The position numbers and the translations under genes were made by a program. 64,000 nt of DNA, from contig OZ024742.1 of NCBI GenBank assembly GCA_964016885.1, positions 130,262,001 to 130,326,000 of the forward strand, read 5' to 3'. The notes beneath the pieces are model-generated. The model was not told the origin of the DNA and searched no databases. It was given only the letters and a program-made list of their open reading frames with translations. Source of the DNA: Eledone cirrhosa. Lineage: Eukaryota. Positions 37,876 to 49,678 of the stretch are shown piece after piece. Numbering within the stretch: position 1 is the stretch's first letter; the number at the start of each line of letters is the position of its first letter.

Positions 37876-40120
37876 ATATATATATATATAATAATAATAC
37901 TATTTATAGTTATGCATATACTATAAACAACTATAAACAGGAAAGGTCAGTAATTTCTACTACTTTATTACCAGTAAGAGAAATAACTCAATGTAAGAAC
38001 ATCAGTTGTTTTACAGAGCAGGAAAATAAATTGGACAATTATCAAAGTTGTGTTCAAATCATTTAATAGCTGACAATCGTTTCTTCCAAATTTTCGTTTG
38101 GAATCATCAGAGCATTATCAATGATTGTACATATAATTAACCTCCTATTCAACTGAACAATCATATAGATACATATATATTTATGTTGTGAACAACAGTT
38201 TCGTATTTATACGGTGTACTGGATGCGACATATATCAAACGAGAATTATACAATAATTCAAATTAAAAGCGCAGAGTGGAATACATGCAACAGATGATAC
38301 AGAAGAATAGTCTAATAATTAAAGAGCCATTGAGAAAGAAGCATTGAGAGAGGAATAGTACATTAGCAGTACATATGCAGGCGTGTAGAAAGTGCACATG
38401 CGTTAGTCATATATATGAGAAGGAAATAAGCAAAGGCATTATGCATATATAGATAAATAAATACTGTATGGTAAGCAAATATGTTAATGTATTAAAGTCC
38501 ATAGCGGATGTAATAAGTTGATAGTGTTCGAATTTGTGTGTGTTGAGAAAAACAAAGTTACTGCAGTCCTTTCCATTACATATGTTGAATTATATTTTAG
38601 TTAATTTTTATATTGAATTTTTAAAGTTAGTTAAAGCAATGGATTGTAAATTAGTCTTATTGTATTCTTATTCCTGGATTAGTGTTGTTCAACAGGTAGT
38701 TTTTCCAACGGTTTAATTTCCGGAAGTGAGTATGTGATCCAAGATTAAGGGGAGCTAATGCGTAAGGGGAGGTAACTGGCTAATAAATTCAATTATTTAA
38801 ATTCTTTGCTCTAATACACAGTATAATGTGATACAAGTGAATCTCTATTACATAATGTTATATATTTATCTCTATTACATAATGTTATATATTTATACTT
38901 AATCTTAAATACAGTCTATTTTCCTATAATACATTAAAGGTCTCTTTAGATTGTTATCTATTCATTACTGGACAAGATATATGTTATGGAAAAATTGTAT
39001 AGCTGTTTACATGACCAAGTAGTTATATCATTTTTGTAATAATATACATTATTGTGTTAAAAGTTAATCCCTTATATACAATGCTATTACTTTACGAATG
39101 TATATATACTTTATTATTATTATATTGTCTTAAAAGTAAATCCTTATATACATGCTATTAATTTAAATATTTAATTATAAATGTATATATAATTTATTAT
39201 TACATATTACATTAAATGTGTCTATATAGTATATATACATTACTGTATATAATACACTTAAGCTATAGTAGTTATTATCAAAAGGTGGTAACTTTATGCT
39301 TAATTCTAGCAGTTATTGTAGAGTATAAGGTTAGAGATAAAAAGGATTTGTGTAGAGGAAAGAGCTGATCTAAGAGTGTGTTGCTGTGGGGGCTGATAAG
39401 TCCTAGATGTGAAGTGTTAATGGTGGTGATGAATTCAAATCTAACATTGTTGTATACTAGCAGCTAGGTTTAAAGTTATAGAACGAGTGTCGATAGTGGT
39501 GTTGGCATGAGGAAAATATCTCTGACTTTCTATTTAGGAGGTCTAGTTTCAAAAAGATTATAGTACGGGTCTCGAGAAGACAGAGATTACACAATTTATT
39601 CGGTAGTTTATACGATGTGGCCCTACCTACTACTTCCCATTGAAGTGTAAATGGTCTATTCCTAGTTTTTAGAGAGTGTATGTAGCTAGATAAAGAAGTG
39701 GAGTTGGCTAGATTGTGTTTTTTGAAAGAGTGGAGGTGCGAGTTGTATCTCGTCTTGAAGCAGTTCGAAGTAGAGCCAATATATGTTTTAGAAGAGTTGT
39801 TTGCGTTGACAGTGCATGAGTAGATGATGTCTTTGGTTAAGCAATTATTACCTAAGGGGCAAGTTCTATTAGTTCTACAGTTACATTTATTCTGGATGTT
39901 TGCTTGCTGGTTACTATGTTGTGTAGAAGTCTGGTTGCTAGGGTTAGCATTAGGGTAATGATGGTTGTCATTCCTATTGTTATTGATTTCATTAGTGCTA
40001 TTACCATTATTACTATTATTACTACTATGGTTTACAGGTACTAAGTTTACCTCTTGTGTTTTAATTAGTTGGAAATATTTTTTAATCTTCCTTTTATTAC
40101 TACTAGCTATATGGGACCTG
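37870..40120 (-). mobile_element. 5'-truncated Penelope-like element (Naiad-type) with C-terminal GIY-YIG endonuclease and long 3' region
   Basis: Open minus frame from about 40158 to TAG at 39457-39459: CNCRTNRTCPLGNNCLTKDIIYSCTV..KTYIGSTSNCFKTRYNSHLHSF..TSLSSYI..W..CNLCLLE..LLNRKSEIFSSCQH; hammerhead downstream. Confidence 0.85.
38064..38117 (-). ncRNA. Type I hammerhead ribozyme (PLE-associated)
   Basis: Minus: TAATGCT CTGATGA TTCCAAA CGAAAA TTTGGAA GAAAC GATT GTC AGCTATTA; full core, 7-bp stem II, stem I with one bulge, GUC cleavage triplet. Confidence 0.8.
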
Positions 40121-40273
40121 TGACCCCAGACTCTTGACAGCCGATAAGCAGATAGCCACTATTGTCTCAAAAACCATATACACATCCTTCTAGCTATAGT
40201 ATTCTTATAAATGCAAGCACTTCGAGAATTGAACGAGAGATAGTGCCCAAAACAGACCAAAGAAGAATTTAGT

Positions 40274-40451
<178 letters not shown>

Positions 40452-40814
40452 TGTATGTGTGTATAGCAGAAAACAAAATACTCTTTTTCAATCTTTTGCA
40501 GTAACGGATCAAACTCTGAGCCCTATTATTACAAAGTGAACTTTTTCACCACACAGCCATGCCATCACCAACAATAAGCTATTTCTACATTAGAAATATT
40601 TTGAAAAATATTTTATACTCTAATTCTATTGTCAACAAAAATATATCTAATATATTGTTTGGTGTATGACTACCATGTGGTCTTTTATTGTCTTAAGTCC
40701 TTTTGTTATCATATTTCTAAAGACTACATTTACAGTAACCAAACCAAATCTCTCTCAGTTTATACAATTAAAAAAAAAATTTCTTTAACCCTTTCATTAT
40801 TGTTTCTAATGAGG

Positions 40815-41238
40815 GTGATAGATTGGCAGATAGTGTTGGACAACATGTTTTACAGTATATAGTTGTATCCTTTTATGTTTGTAAATTCAAATCCTGCTAA
40901 GGTTAGCTTTACCTTTCATCCTAACAGGGTCAATAAAATAAAGTACCAATAACACACTAGGGCCAGTTTAATCGACTACACCCCCCCCCCCCCCCCCCTC
41001 AATTGTTGACCTTGTGCCTAAATCAGAAACCATTATTATGTTTCTAAGGGCGGTGGATTGGCAGTATCAGTAGAGGGTCGGACGCCATGCTTTCCAGCAT
41101 AGTTACGTCCCTTTACGATCTGAGTTCAAATCCCGCCGAGGTTGACTTTGCCTTTCATCCTTACGGGGTCGATAAAATAAAGTACCAGTAATGCATTGGA
41201 TAATTGCTGGCCTTGTGCCTAAAGTAGAAACCATTATT
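40815..41238 (+). mobile_element. Two tandem SINE family A copies
   Basis: Second copy 41048-41238 is near consensus. Confidence 0.8.
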
Positions 41239-42064
41239 ATGTTTCTAATGTAAGACTGCTTATAATTTTCAAATATTTTTGAAAATATTCAAGAATTGGG
41301 AGAGATTTAGCAATATAAAGTGAAGGCAAATGGCTAAGTGGTTAAACAGTTGGATTCACAATCGTTGGGTTATTTTTAAAAACTGGAGAAGTTAAAACAG
41401 CTCAAAATACGGTAATTAATTATTTATCGGTTTTACGTCGACTTTTCTATACTGGCATACAGTGGGCGGGAGTTTTTGAAGCAAGGCTTTACAACCGCCC
41501 TCCCTTCCTGACACCAACCTGCTTAGACGCTTCTAACGACACGCAGCGATATGGTGTACCTATTCTAAACTGGATACATATATAATCTACTGTAGCTATG
41601 AACTTTCTCAAAGTTTAATCAGCTAAAAACACAAAACAAGAAAAACACAGCAAACAATAAATAAATAGTATTTTATACTTTCGTTTTATTCTCTTTCATT
41701 TTTGGTCTTCTCTTTATATACCTAAAGTGAAACAGTCCAACTTTCAGTAAGTAATTTTAAAGAACAAAAAGTATTGAATAAATAAAATTATGTCTTTTTG
41801 TTCATTTCTAACGTAATTAAAAATGGATTTTTCATTTTTTATAATTTGATTCTTAAGGACCTTGTTACATTCAAGTCTTTTTAAAAATGTTTATTATACA
41901 TAAACATAAACATGTATTTATTAATGTACAGAAGTATACAATAACGAAAGTATTAACAAAAAATAAAAAAAAAACAGGAACAGATAAAAAAAAGTGGGGA
42001 GATGGTGGAGATAAAAATTAAATACAAAAGGAAAGCGAAGGGAGGGGGAACTCTACACTCTTAA

Positions 42065-42400
42065 TTAAAGGTAAAGTCTGAAGCTCATCAGACCGGTGCT
42101 TATCCCCGGTTTCCGTGACATTAAGCGACTGTGAGTACAAGACTCACTCTAGACAAGACGCTGGTCTATCGCAGGATTACTCCCCAGCTACTACTGGTAC
42201 CCACTTTCAGCTGTGTGTATTGAAGTAACGTGAAATGAGTGTTTTGTTCAAGAATAAAAGCAGCAGCCTGTCCAGGATTCGAACCGACGACATTACGACC
42301 GTACGTCATGCATCCTAACCATTAGGCATTGTGGCTTCACCCTTAGCTGGGTGGTATATTTCAGCTGCACCCCTGACAAGATGGCAAAAACATTTCCATG
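42065..42400 (-). mobile_element. tRNA-derived SINE with Deu/Nin-like domain
   Basis: Minus strand has TGGTTAGG A box and GGTTCGAATCC B box; plus strand CTGGTACCCACTTTCAGCTG resembles the Nin/Deu core (from memory). Confidence 0.5.
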
Positions 42401-42833
42401 GACAACAGCCAGAGACACGTGTTGCTTCAACCAATCCACCTGAAGGGACTCGTTTCTCAGGCGGGATGCACTCGTCACGATTTGAGGGAGGAAAATGACA
42501 GTCCAGTATATCGTTACCTTTCGCTCCTCTGCGTTGCAGGCGGTGATGCCCAGGTTCAAGCGATGAGGTTCTCACAGGAGACTGTGTCACAATATGACAT
42601 CTAACCTTCGCTGGGACGGGAAAAGGTTAATCATGTTTCGGTGTCCATCGTCACCGCAGCAAAGGCCGAATGGTTACAAAGGAGTTGTTTATTAACGACG
42701 TAAGGCAAGAAGTAGTGGCCACTTTTTAAAACCGTACAGAACATATCGTCAATGCATTAGATTTTATATTGCTAAAAAAAAATAAAATGAATTTTCCAAT
42801 TTGTAAAAATATAAAAAAAATTAAAAAAAGACT

Positions 42834-42905
42834 TTCCCAAGCGGGGAATCGAACCCCGGCCGCCGCGGTGAGAGCGCGGAATCCTAACCACTAGACCACT
42901 TGGGA
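42834..42905 (-). tRNA. tRNA-Glu (anticodon CTC)
   Basis: TCCCAAGTGGTCTAGTGGTTAGGATTCCGCGCTCTCACCGCGGCGGCCGGGGTTCGATTCCCCGCTTGGGAA: complete 72-nt cloverleaf, T7 Pol III terminator just downstream, TATA-like upstream. Confidence 0.96.
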
Positions 42906-43699
42906 TGTCGGTAGCAAGCTCCATATTTTATCTATATATACTATAACGACTGAGTAATTATAATTATTTATATTAAATATTTTTCTGTTTTAAATGTTTA
43001 AATTATAATTTTTAAGATGATTGGTTATGCATTATATTAAATAGGAAGAATGAAATGCTTTTTAGGCAACAAAGAAATCGTGTATCTATGTAGAGATCGT
43101 AGAGCTCACCTCACACTTTCGTTTCCTTTTTTTATGTAATTACGTTAATACCTCAAGCTTATAACTTTTCTTAAATAATGAATATTTTTTAATGAAATTT
43201 TGCAGATACATTTTAGATTACATACATTACGATTATAAGGATGAAACTCATAGTATGCTGACTTGCCTCAAATACTATTAGAGGTTCCCGCACTCTGTGT
43301 GCATGTGTCTATGCGACTCTGTAGCGTTTACACATGTTTTTGTGTTAAATTGCTATAGCCAGAATATTAATAAAATTCAGAGTTGTAAAAATGAAATTTA
43401 AGTTCGAGTATAAAATCTGATATCATCCTGATTAATAAATCGTCTTGATTAATATAATCGATTTGATTATATATTTTTAATCGAGATATTGTATATGTTA
43501 TTTGTTCGTACGCCGCTTGCATTCTGTAAATGCTTGAATATATATATATACTGTATTACTATATATTTTTAAAGGATATCTTGTTTTATTAGAAAAGTAT
43601 TTTCCATTTACTTATGTTGTATAAATAAAATTACAAACATAATGTTGGTAAATACAAATATAAACACATATAACAAATACAATTAGCTACTGCTAGAAA

Positions 43700-44035
43700 C
43701 CTCACAAAAACAGCGCGCCAAAATATATGACCAGAGTGAAAGAAAGAAAAAAAAGGAAGAGGAGGACAAAATAGAAAGCTACCACTAATTCACAACCAAG
43801 TGCGACAATCGGCCGCTCATCACATGGGTCAACGGAATATTTTGAGGCAAGCTAATACGCTCGCAGCATTACAACGGGTGATGGCGAGACTAAGGCGGTG
43901 AAATAACCAGGCACCCTCACGAGTATCACCTGACACCTCAGTAGGGCGAGCCGCCAGCGACGACAAGCACTTCGCTGTCAGCGGCCCAATTTCACCAAAC
44001 GTGTCGCATGCTACAAGATGGAATAAATAATTATT
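43700..44035 (-). mobile_element. CRE-clade non-LTR retrotransposon 3' fragment (REL endonuclease end)
   Basis: FHLVACDTFGEIGP...REGAWLFHRLSLAITRCNAASVL. Confidence 0.7.
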
Positions 44036-44246
44036 AGATAGATCCAGGTATTTCCGGTCAGCTGAAAAGTTCATAGGCTGATCAAGATTCTCTCATGGAA
44101 TGACCAAATGAGGTTTAGTTTTCAACATATTCCTTGGAAAGAAACAACTCAGTTATTAATAAGAAGAGTTGAAATTAATGCATGCAGAATTTCACAGCTC
44201 TAACATCACTCCTTCATAGTCAGACAGTGAACCCTTAGCCTACCCT

Positions 44247-44283
<37 letters not shown>

Positions 44284-44285
44284 AT

Positions 44286-44316
<31 letters not shown>

Positions 44317-44847
44317 CAGTTAGACGATTACTCACCAGAGTACTCGATACTTGGGTTAGTAGAGTGGGTAATATGAAATAACTCGGGACCCCGACGGCTG
44401 AGCTCCTGCCGTTTCAACAGTTCAGATCTAGCTGTTGAAACGGCAGGAGCTCAGCTGTCGGTCCCGTCCCAAATGTTTTAATAAATATATATATATGTAT
44501 ATTGTAATGTCTCAAATTTGTAGGTGGGATTGATGTAGGTCATTCTATATAAACACATCATAGAACATTCTGATATACAATAGAAATACCATTAAAAAAG
44601 GAAGTTGGAGAAGACCCACACACTCAATCACACGACAACAAGGGCTGCTGGAGTTTCCTCTCTAATAACTTGAGGCAAACCAACACACAGCATGTTCCTT
44701 GTTTCTACTTTGGCATAAGGCCAGCAATTCTGCAAGAAACAAGTTCCATTGGTCAGGCAGTCCATCTGCTGCCAACACCCTTTGTGTAGAGGGCTTATGG
44801 TACAGTGAACAGGTGTGGTCACATTTTGTCAGGCATGTCTTCCCACA

Positions 44848-45040
44848 GGGCGGTGGATTGGCAGTATCAGTAGAGAGTCGGAGGCCATGCTTTGCAGCAT
44901 AGAGTTACGTCCCTTTTCGGTCTGAGTTCAAATCCCGCAGAGTTTAACATTGCCTTTCATCCTTACAGGGTTGATAAGATAAAGCACCAGTAATGCACTG
45001 GGGTAATTGCTGGCCTTGTGCCAAAAGTAGAAACAATTAT
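44848..45040 (+). mobile_element. SINE family A copy
   Basis: Near-consensus unit. Confidence 0.8.
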
Positions 45041-46149
45041 TAATAAAACATAAAAATTACAAATAATCTCCAAAATTTTCTCACTGGTTGGCGACTGCTA
45101 ACCTAGATCATAATTAGATAGGTTTTTGATTAGGTTAGCAGAAAGGAATAGCATAGAGTGTCCCCAATTTCAATGGAGTCGGGGGGTCTGAGACAGTAGT
45201 GGATTACAGTTGGTTTACTGTGATTCTTGGTGATTGATGTAGAGTGCTGTAAAAAACTGATAACAGCACCCAAGATTCAGAAAGCCATGGCTGACTGTAT
45301 GAGGAGCAAATCAGCAAAAGATTTTGGCCAAGGGGCTAGCAATGAGGTTCCTGCTTGTTGTTAATAATCTGGTAGGTGAGGCACAGACATGCACAATCCC
45401 GACCAGGTCCATACATGACCACCTCCACTTCATACTATACATATAGAAATATATATATATATATATATTACAAAATCATCAGTATTTGTGTATATAAGTG
45501 TATCTCTTTATCTATCTATGTATCTAAAGAGATAGATAGAAACAGATATATATATATATCTTGTCTTTAATGCGTAGAAATATTCATGATCCCCAGCAGA
45601 CAACTGATGAAGGAACATTTTCTCCCGGTCGTGCTTTCCTCTTATTTATAAGTACACCTTATCCAGCAACTACACAACCCCTGTTTTTTCTCTTTATATA
45701 TATATATGTGTGTGTATGTAAAAGGTAAACAGAAATAACAACACAATTGGTACAGTATATGGAAGGTATATATTAGGTTAACGCTTGATATAGCAGGAAG
45801 AGGGTCTTAATGTTTCGGACGCTAGTCCTTCGTGAGAAGAAAGAATGAGAAATAAAATAGATTAAGGGGACGGGCGGGTGGAATTGGAAAAAATGTCTTT
45901 AGATAAAAATAATAGGTCCATTCATGTTGACATCTCTTATATACATATAGTGCAGATAATTAGGTTGTTTATCAGTGAAGGTTACATTGTAACATTATGA
46001 GGATGAACTGGTTTAAACAGCCTAAAAGCACTTCATATCAGTAATGTGTCCCCAGTGAAACGTTGGTGGTTAGGTGTGATAGAGTTCCCCAATTTACAAA
46101 TCCATCATTCTAATGAGGAGTAGCTGTGTGAAAGAACAATCCTTTCCCT

Positions 46150-46735
46150 CCTCCAATCCCAAAACATCAGTGAATTCCATCATCAAAATCTCTCACAAAT
46201 GATCCCTAGACGAAGCCAGACCTACAAATCTATCGACAAAATTGTTGACGAGGACGATGCTGTTCATTATCCTGTTAAATTTCTCAGCAATCTGGAACAG
46301 TCTGTTAGGCTTCCACACAACCTTGAATTGAAGAAGAGTACAGTCACCAGGCTTCTCAGAAACCTGGATCAGCCATGATTGTACAATGGGACATGTATGG
46401 TTATGACTGAACTACAATCTCACTTTATCAAAGCCAAAATCTTCACTGGATGTGGTAAAAGAGACATTGTATCTATACCTAGAATGCCACTAATACCAAC
46501 AGATGTCGCTTTTTATTTTGAATGATTGCAATTCCCAGTAAGAGTCAATTGGCAATGAACATTAACAAGTTCCAAGATCAGACCCAGCAAGTTGTTGGTT
46601 TTCATCAAAAAGAGGGCTGTTTCTCACATGGTCAATTGTATATTGGTTATTCCAGAACAGGAAGCCTCCACAAACTCTTAATATATGCTCCAAAGAAACA
46701 AGTTAAAAACATTGTATATATTGAATTCTGTAAAT
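46150..46735 (+). pseudogene. Helitron PIF1-like helicase C-terminal relic
   Basis: YKSID..DAVHYP..LPHNLELK..LLRNLD..L(Y)NGT..IPRMPLIP..LQFPV, INKFQDQT..GCFSHGQLYIGYSR..KNIVY, with stops and frameshifts. Confidence 0.85.
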
Positions 46736-47014
46736 GCTTTATAATTTTTGTAGAATACACTTTTGTATTATTTTCTTTATTACTTTCTGTATTTAGATAT
46801 TCTAACTAAATTTTTAAAATTATGTTATGCAATATTTAAATATTTTTTAACATTTTTTAGTTTAAGGAAAATGGACATTATGACAAATAACAATAGGTGC
46901 CTCATGAATAGATTTGAGCATAGTAAAGACCAGGGTGAAGACCAGGAGGTCGCTATTATATATATATGTGTGTATGTGGGATGGGGTTTAGATATAGTTA
47001 TATATCTATTCATC

Positions 47015-47246
47015 TCTCTATATACTACTAAAACTCTGTGATTGTGTGCTTGTCTGTAATTTAATACAGCCAAAACGGCACATAATGGGAAAATACTTTG
47101 AAAGGAGGTTGCCACTGAAATGGGAATACAAATGGAATAAAACAAGTTTCATGTAAATTGGAGCACGGGTTTCCAAGATATGGGGTTTTTCCGGGTACGT
47201 TCATAAATATAGAGAGAAAGATAGAGAGAAAGAGATAGTGGTTGTG

Positions 47247-47287
<41 letters not shown>

Positions 47288-47990
47288 GATGTCAAAGAGT
47301 CAAACACAGCATTACTGTATCTAACTCAAAATTTGTGACTGGATATTAAATCATATGTATCATATAATGTGTTAGAACAGGATGTGTGTAACTAGGAATA
47401 GTTTCTAAGTGTGTGTGTGTCTATATATATATATATCATCATCATCATCATCATTTTACGTCCACTTTTTTCCTGCTTGGAAGGGTGGGGCAGGAACTGA
47501 TTCTGGCTTGATTTCTACAGCTGGATGCCCTTCCTAACACCAACCTCATTTACAGTGAGTGGTGGGTGCTTTTTTGCCGTGGCACCTCTACGACCACTTT
47601 GCAGTGGAATGATAGGGACCCCAGTCCCTATCATCTCATTTCTACAGCTGAGTAATGTGAAATAAAGTGTCTTGCTCAAGGAAACAACACATCACTCGGT
47701 CTGAGAATTGAAATCACAAATGTGTATATATATATATATAAATATCTATGTGTGTGTGTGTGCCTGTGTATATGTGTGTGTGTCTGTGACCAGTATATAT
47801 AGGTCACAGACACCCATATATATATATACACACACACACACACATATATATATATGGGCCTTCCAATTTAATTTTACATTATATACATGTCTGTGTATAT
47901 TTTAATTATTTAAAAATTATTTTTAAGTGAACATAATTTTTAAAAAATATTTTCAAGTGAACATGACCCAATGGGTCACAGGTGGTCTAG
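47015..47990 (+). mobile_element. Possible non-autonomous Helitron with nested repeats
   Basis: 5' TCTATATACTACTAAAAC; 3' palindrome TGACCCAATGGGTCA followed by ...GGTCTAG|T. Confidence 0.45.
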
Positions 47991-49678
47991 TATATTCTAA
48001 TCATAAGCTAATAATGAATTTTGATTGCTAGAAATAGCAGTCAATTGCTGTTTTAACCACCAGTGCTATTCTGGTAACATACTAATTGTGGGTGACTTCA
48101 ATCTCCCCTGTATTTATTGATTTACAAACAGTTTGAAGCCAGGTATTTCCACCTCAACCCCTGACAGAGCAGCTTTAGAGTAACTTTTTACCTTTATGGA
48201 TGAGCTTTTCCAATACCAACTTGTGTTCGAACAAACAAAACATTTTGGATCTAGTGTTTAGGAACCACACTAACAATATCCACTATACTGCTGTGGAAAA
48301 AAACTCTTCTTTCAGATTATGACATGGTTCTCTGATTCCATCAGCCAAAAGTTAAAACCATTGTCCTCTCTCCAGCCCATCCATTTGATAAAATGGATCT
48401 TCATAATGCAAACTGTGATGCAATCACTAATGATCTTTGACATGTCAACAGGTCATTCAAACACACAAAACCTACACCAAAATCAAAATATCTTGGTGGC
48501 AGATATTTGTAGATACTGTTATAAATATATGTACAAAACATGCCCAATCAAGATCTGTGAACAAAACTAAGTGCCTAGTAATAGGAAAAAAACATTATTA
48601 GAACATTAAAAAGAATTACCAAAAAGAAAGAAAAAAATAATCAACCAACTAAAATACTGCCAGCAGCAACACATCCATTTGACTGTTATCACATTGCTCA
48701 AATAAAAAAAATATAACCTCCAATAATGCATGAAGACGATCATCAATAATCAAAGAATTAGCTGAGGAGGACTGGACCATTGAGATAATTAAACTAAATC
48801 TCAAAGTATTCTTTTCTTATGCTAAAAAGTACAAGATTGCTGTCTTCTTTGTTGGCTCTCAGGCTGATGAAAATAACATTCACCATGATGATGCTAAAAT
48901 GATGGCTGAGATACTGCAGAAACAATACAGCTCTGTTTTTCGCAATCCTGATATGACTGATCTGGACAGTATCAGTGATGTTAACCCCCAACACATCATA
49001 TCTAACATAACATTCGGCACCCCTGTTATCTTAACATCAATAAACAAAATTAAGTACAACTCAGCAATAGGCCCCAATAGGTTTCCTGATAGTGCCCCAA
49101 AGGAGTATCTACATCAACTTGCATCCTCTCCAGCTAATCTCTGGAGGAACGTACTGGATGTAGGTTATATCTCTGAACATTTTCTATCCAAGTCTGTTGG
49201 CCCAGTTTTCAAAAAGTTAAACAAGTCCCTTGAAATTAATTACCATCCAATTTCACTCACCTCTGATACCATTAAAGTATTTGAGAGGGTGGTGTGACCA
49301 TGAATAACTGACTTCCTCAAAAGCAACAATCTGCTGAACTGCAACCAGCATGGGTTCTGTGATGGCAAAAACTGCTTAACACAACTTCTGCATTACTTTG
49401 ATGGCATCCTTAAGGCTTTGGGAGAGGGCTCCAACACTTATGTTATATACCTTGATTCCAGCAAGGCTTTTGGTAGGGTTGACTACAGCATTCTGTTGAA
49501 GAAACTATCTAACATTGGAATCTGTGGAAAACTACTACAGTGGATTAAGTGCTGTCTGGTGAACAAAATGTTGTGATCGAAGGAATACAACCAAACCCAG
49601 CCAAAGTCAGCAGTGGCATTCCACAGGGTACTGTTGGGCCCACTTTTCTTCATTATTTACATCAATGACACTATAGAC

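Noticed and set aside
39457-40158. Selenoprotein-coding PLE
   Set aside because: No in-frame TGA in the retained part; all cysteines use TGT/TGC
44055-44250. Mariner-like MITE (GCTGAAAAGTTC...)
   Set aside because: The ends are too decayed to demonstrate TIRs or a TA duplication
45595-45660. Hammerhead at CAACTGATGAAGG
   Set aside because: No downstream GAAA or stem II partner; at most a truncated PLE remnant
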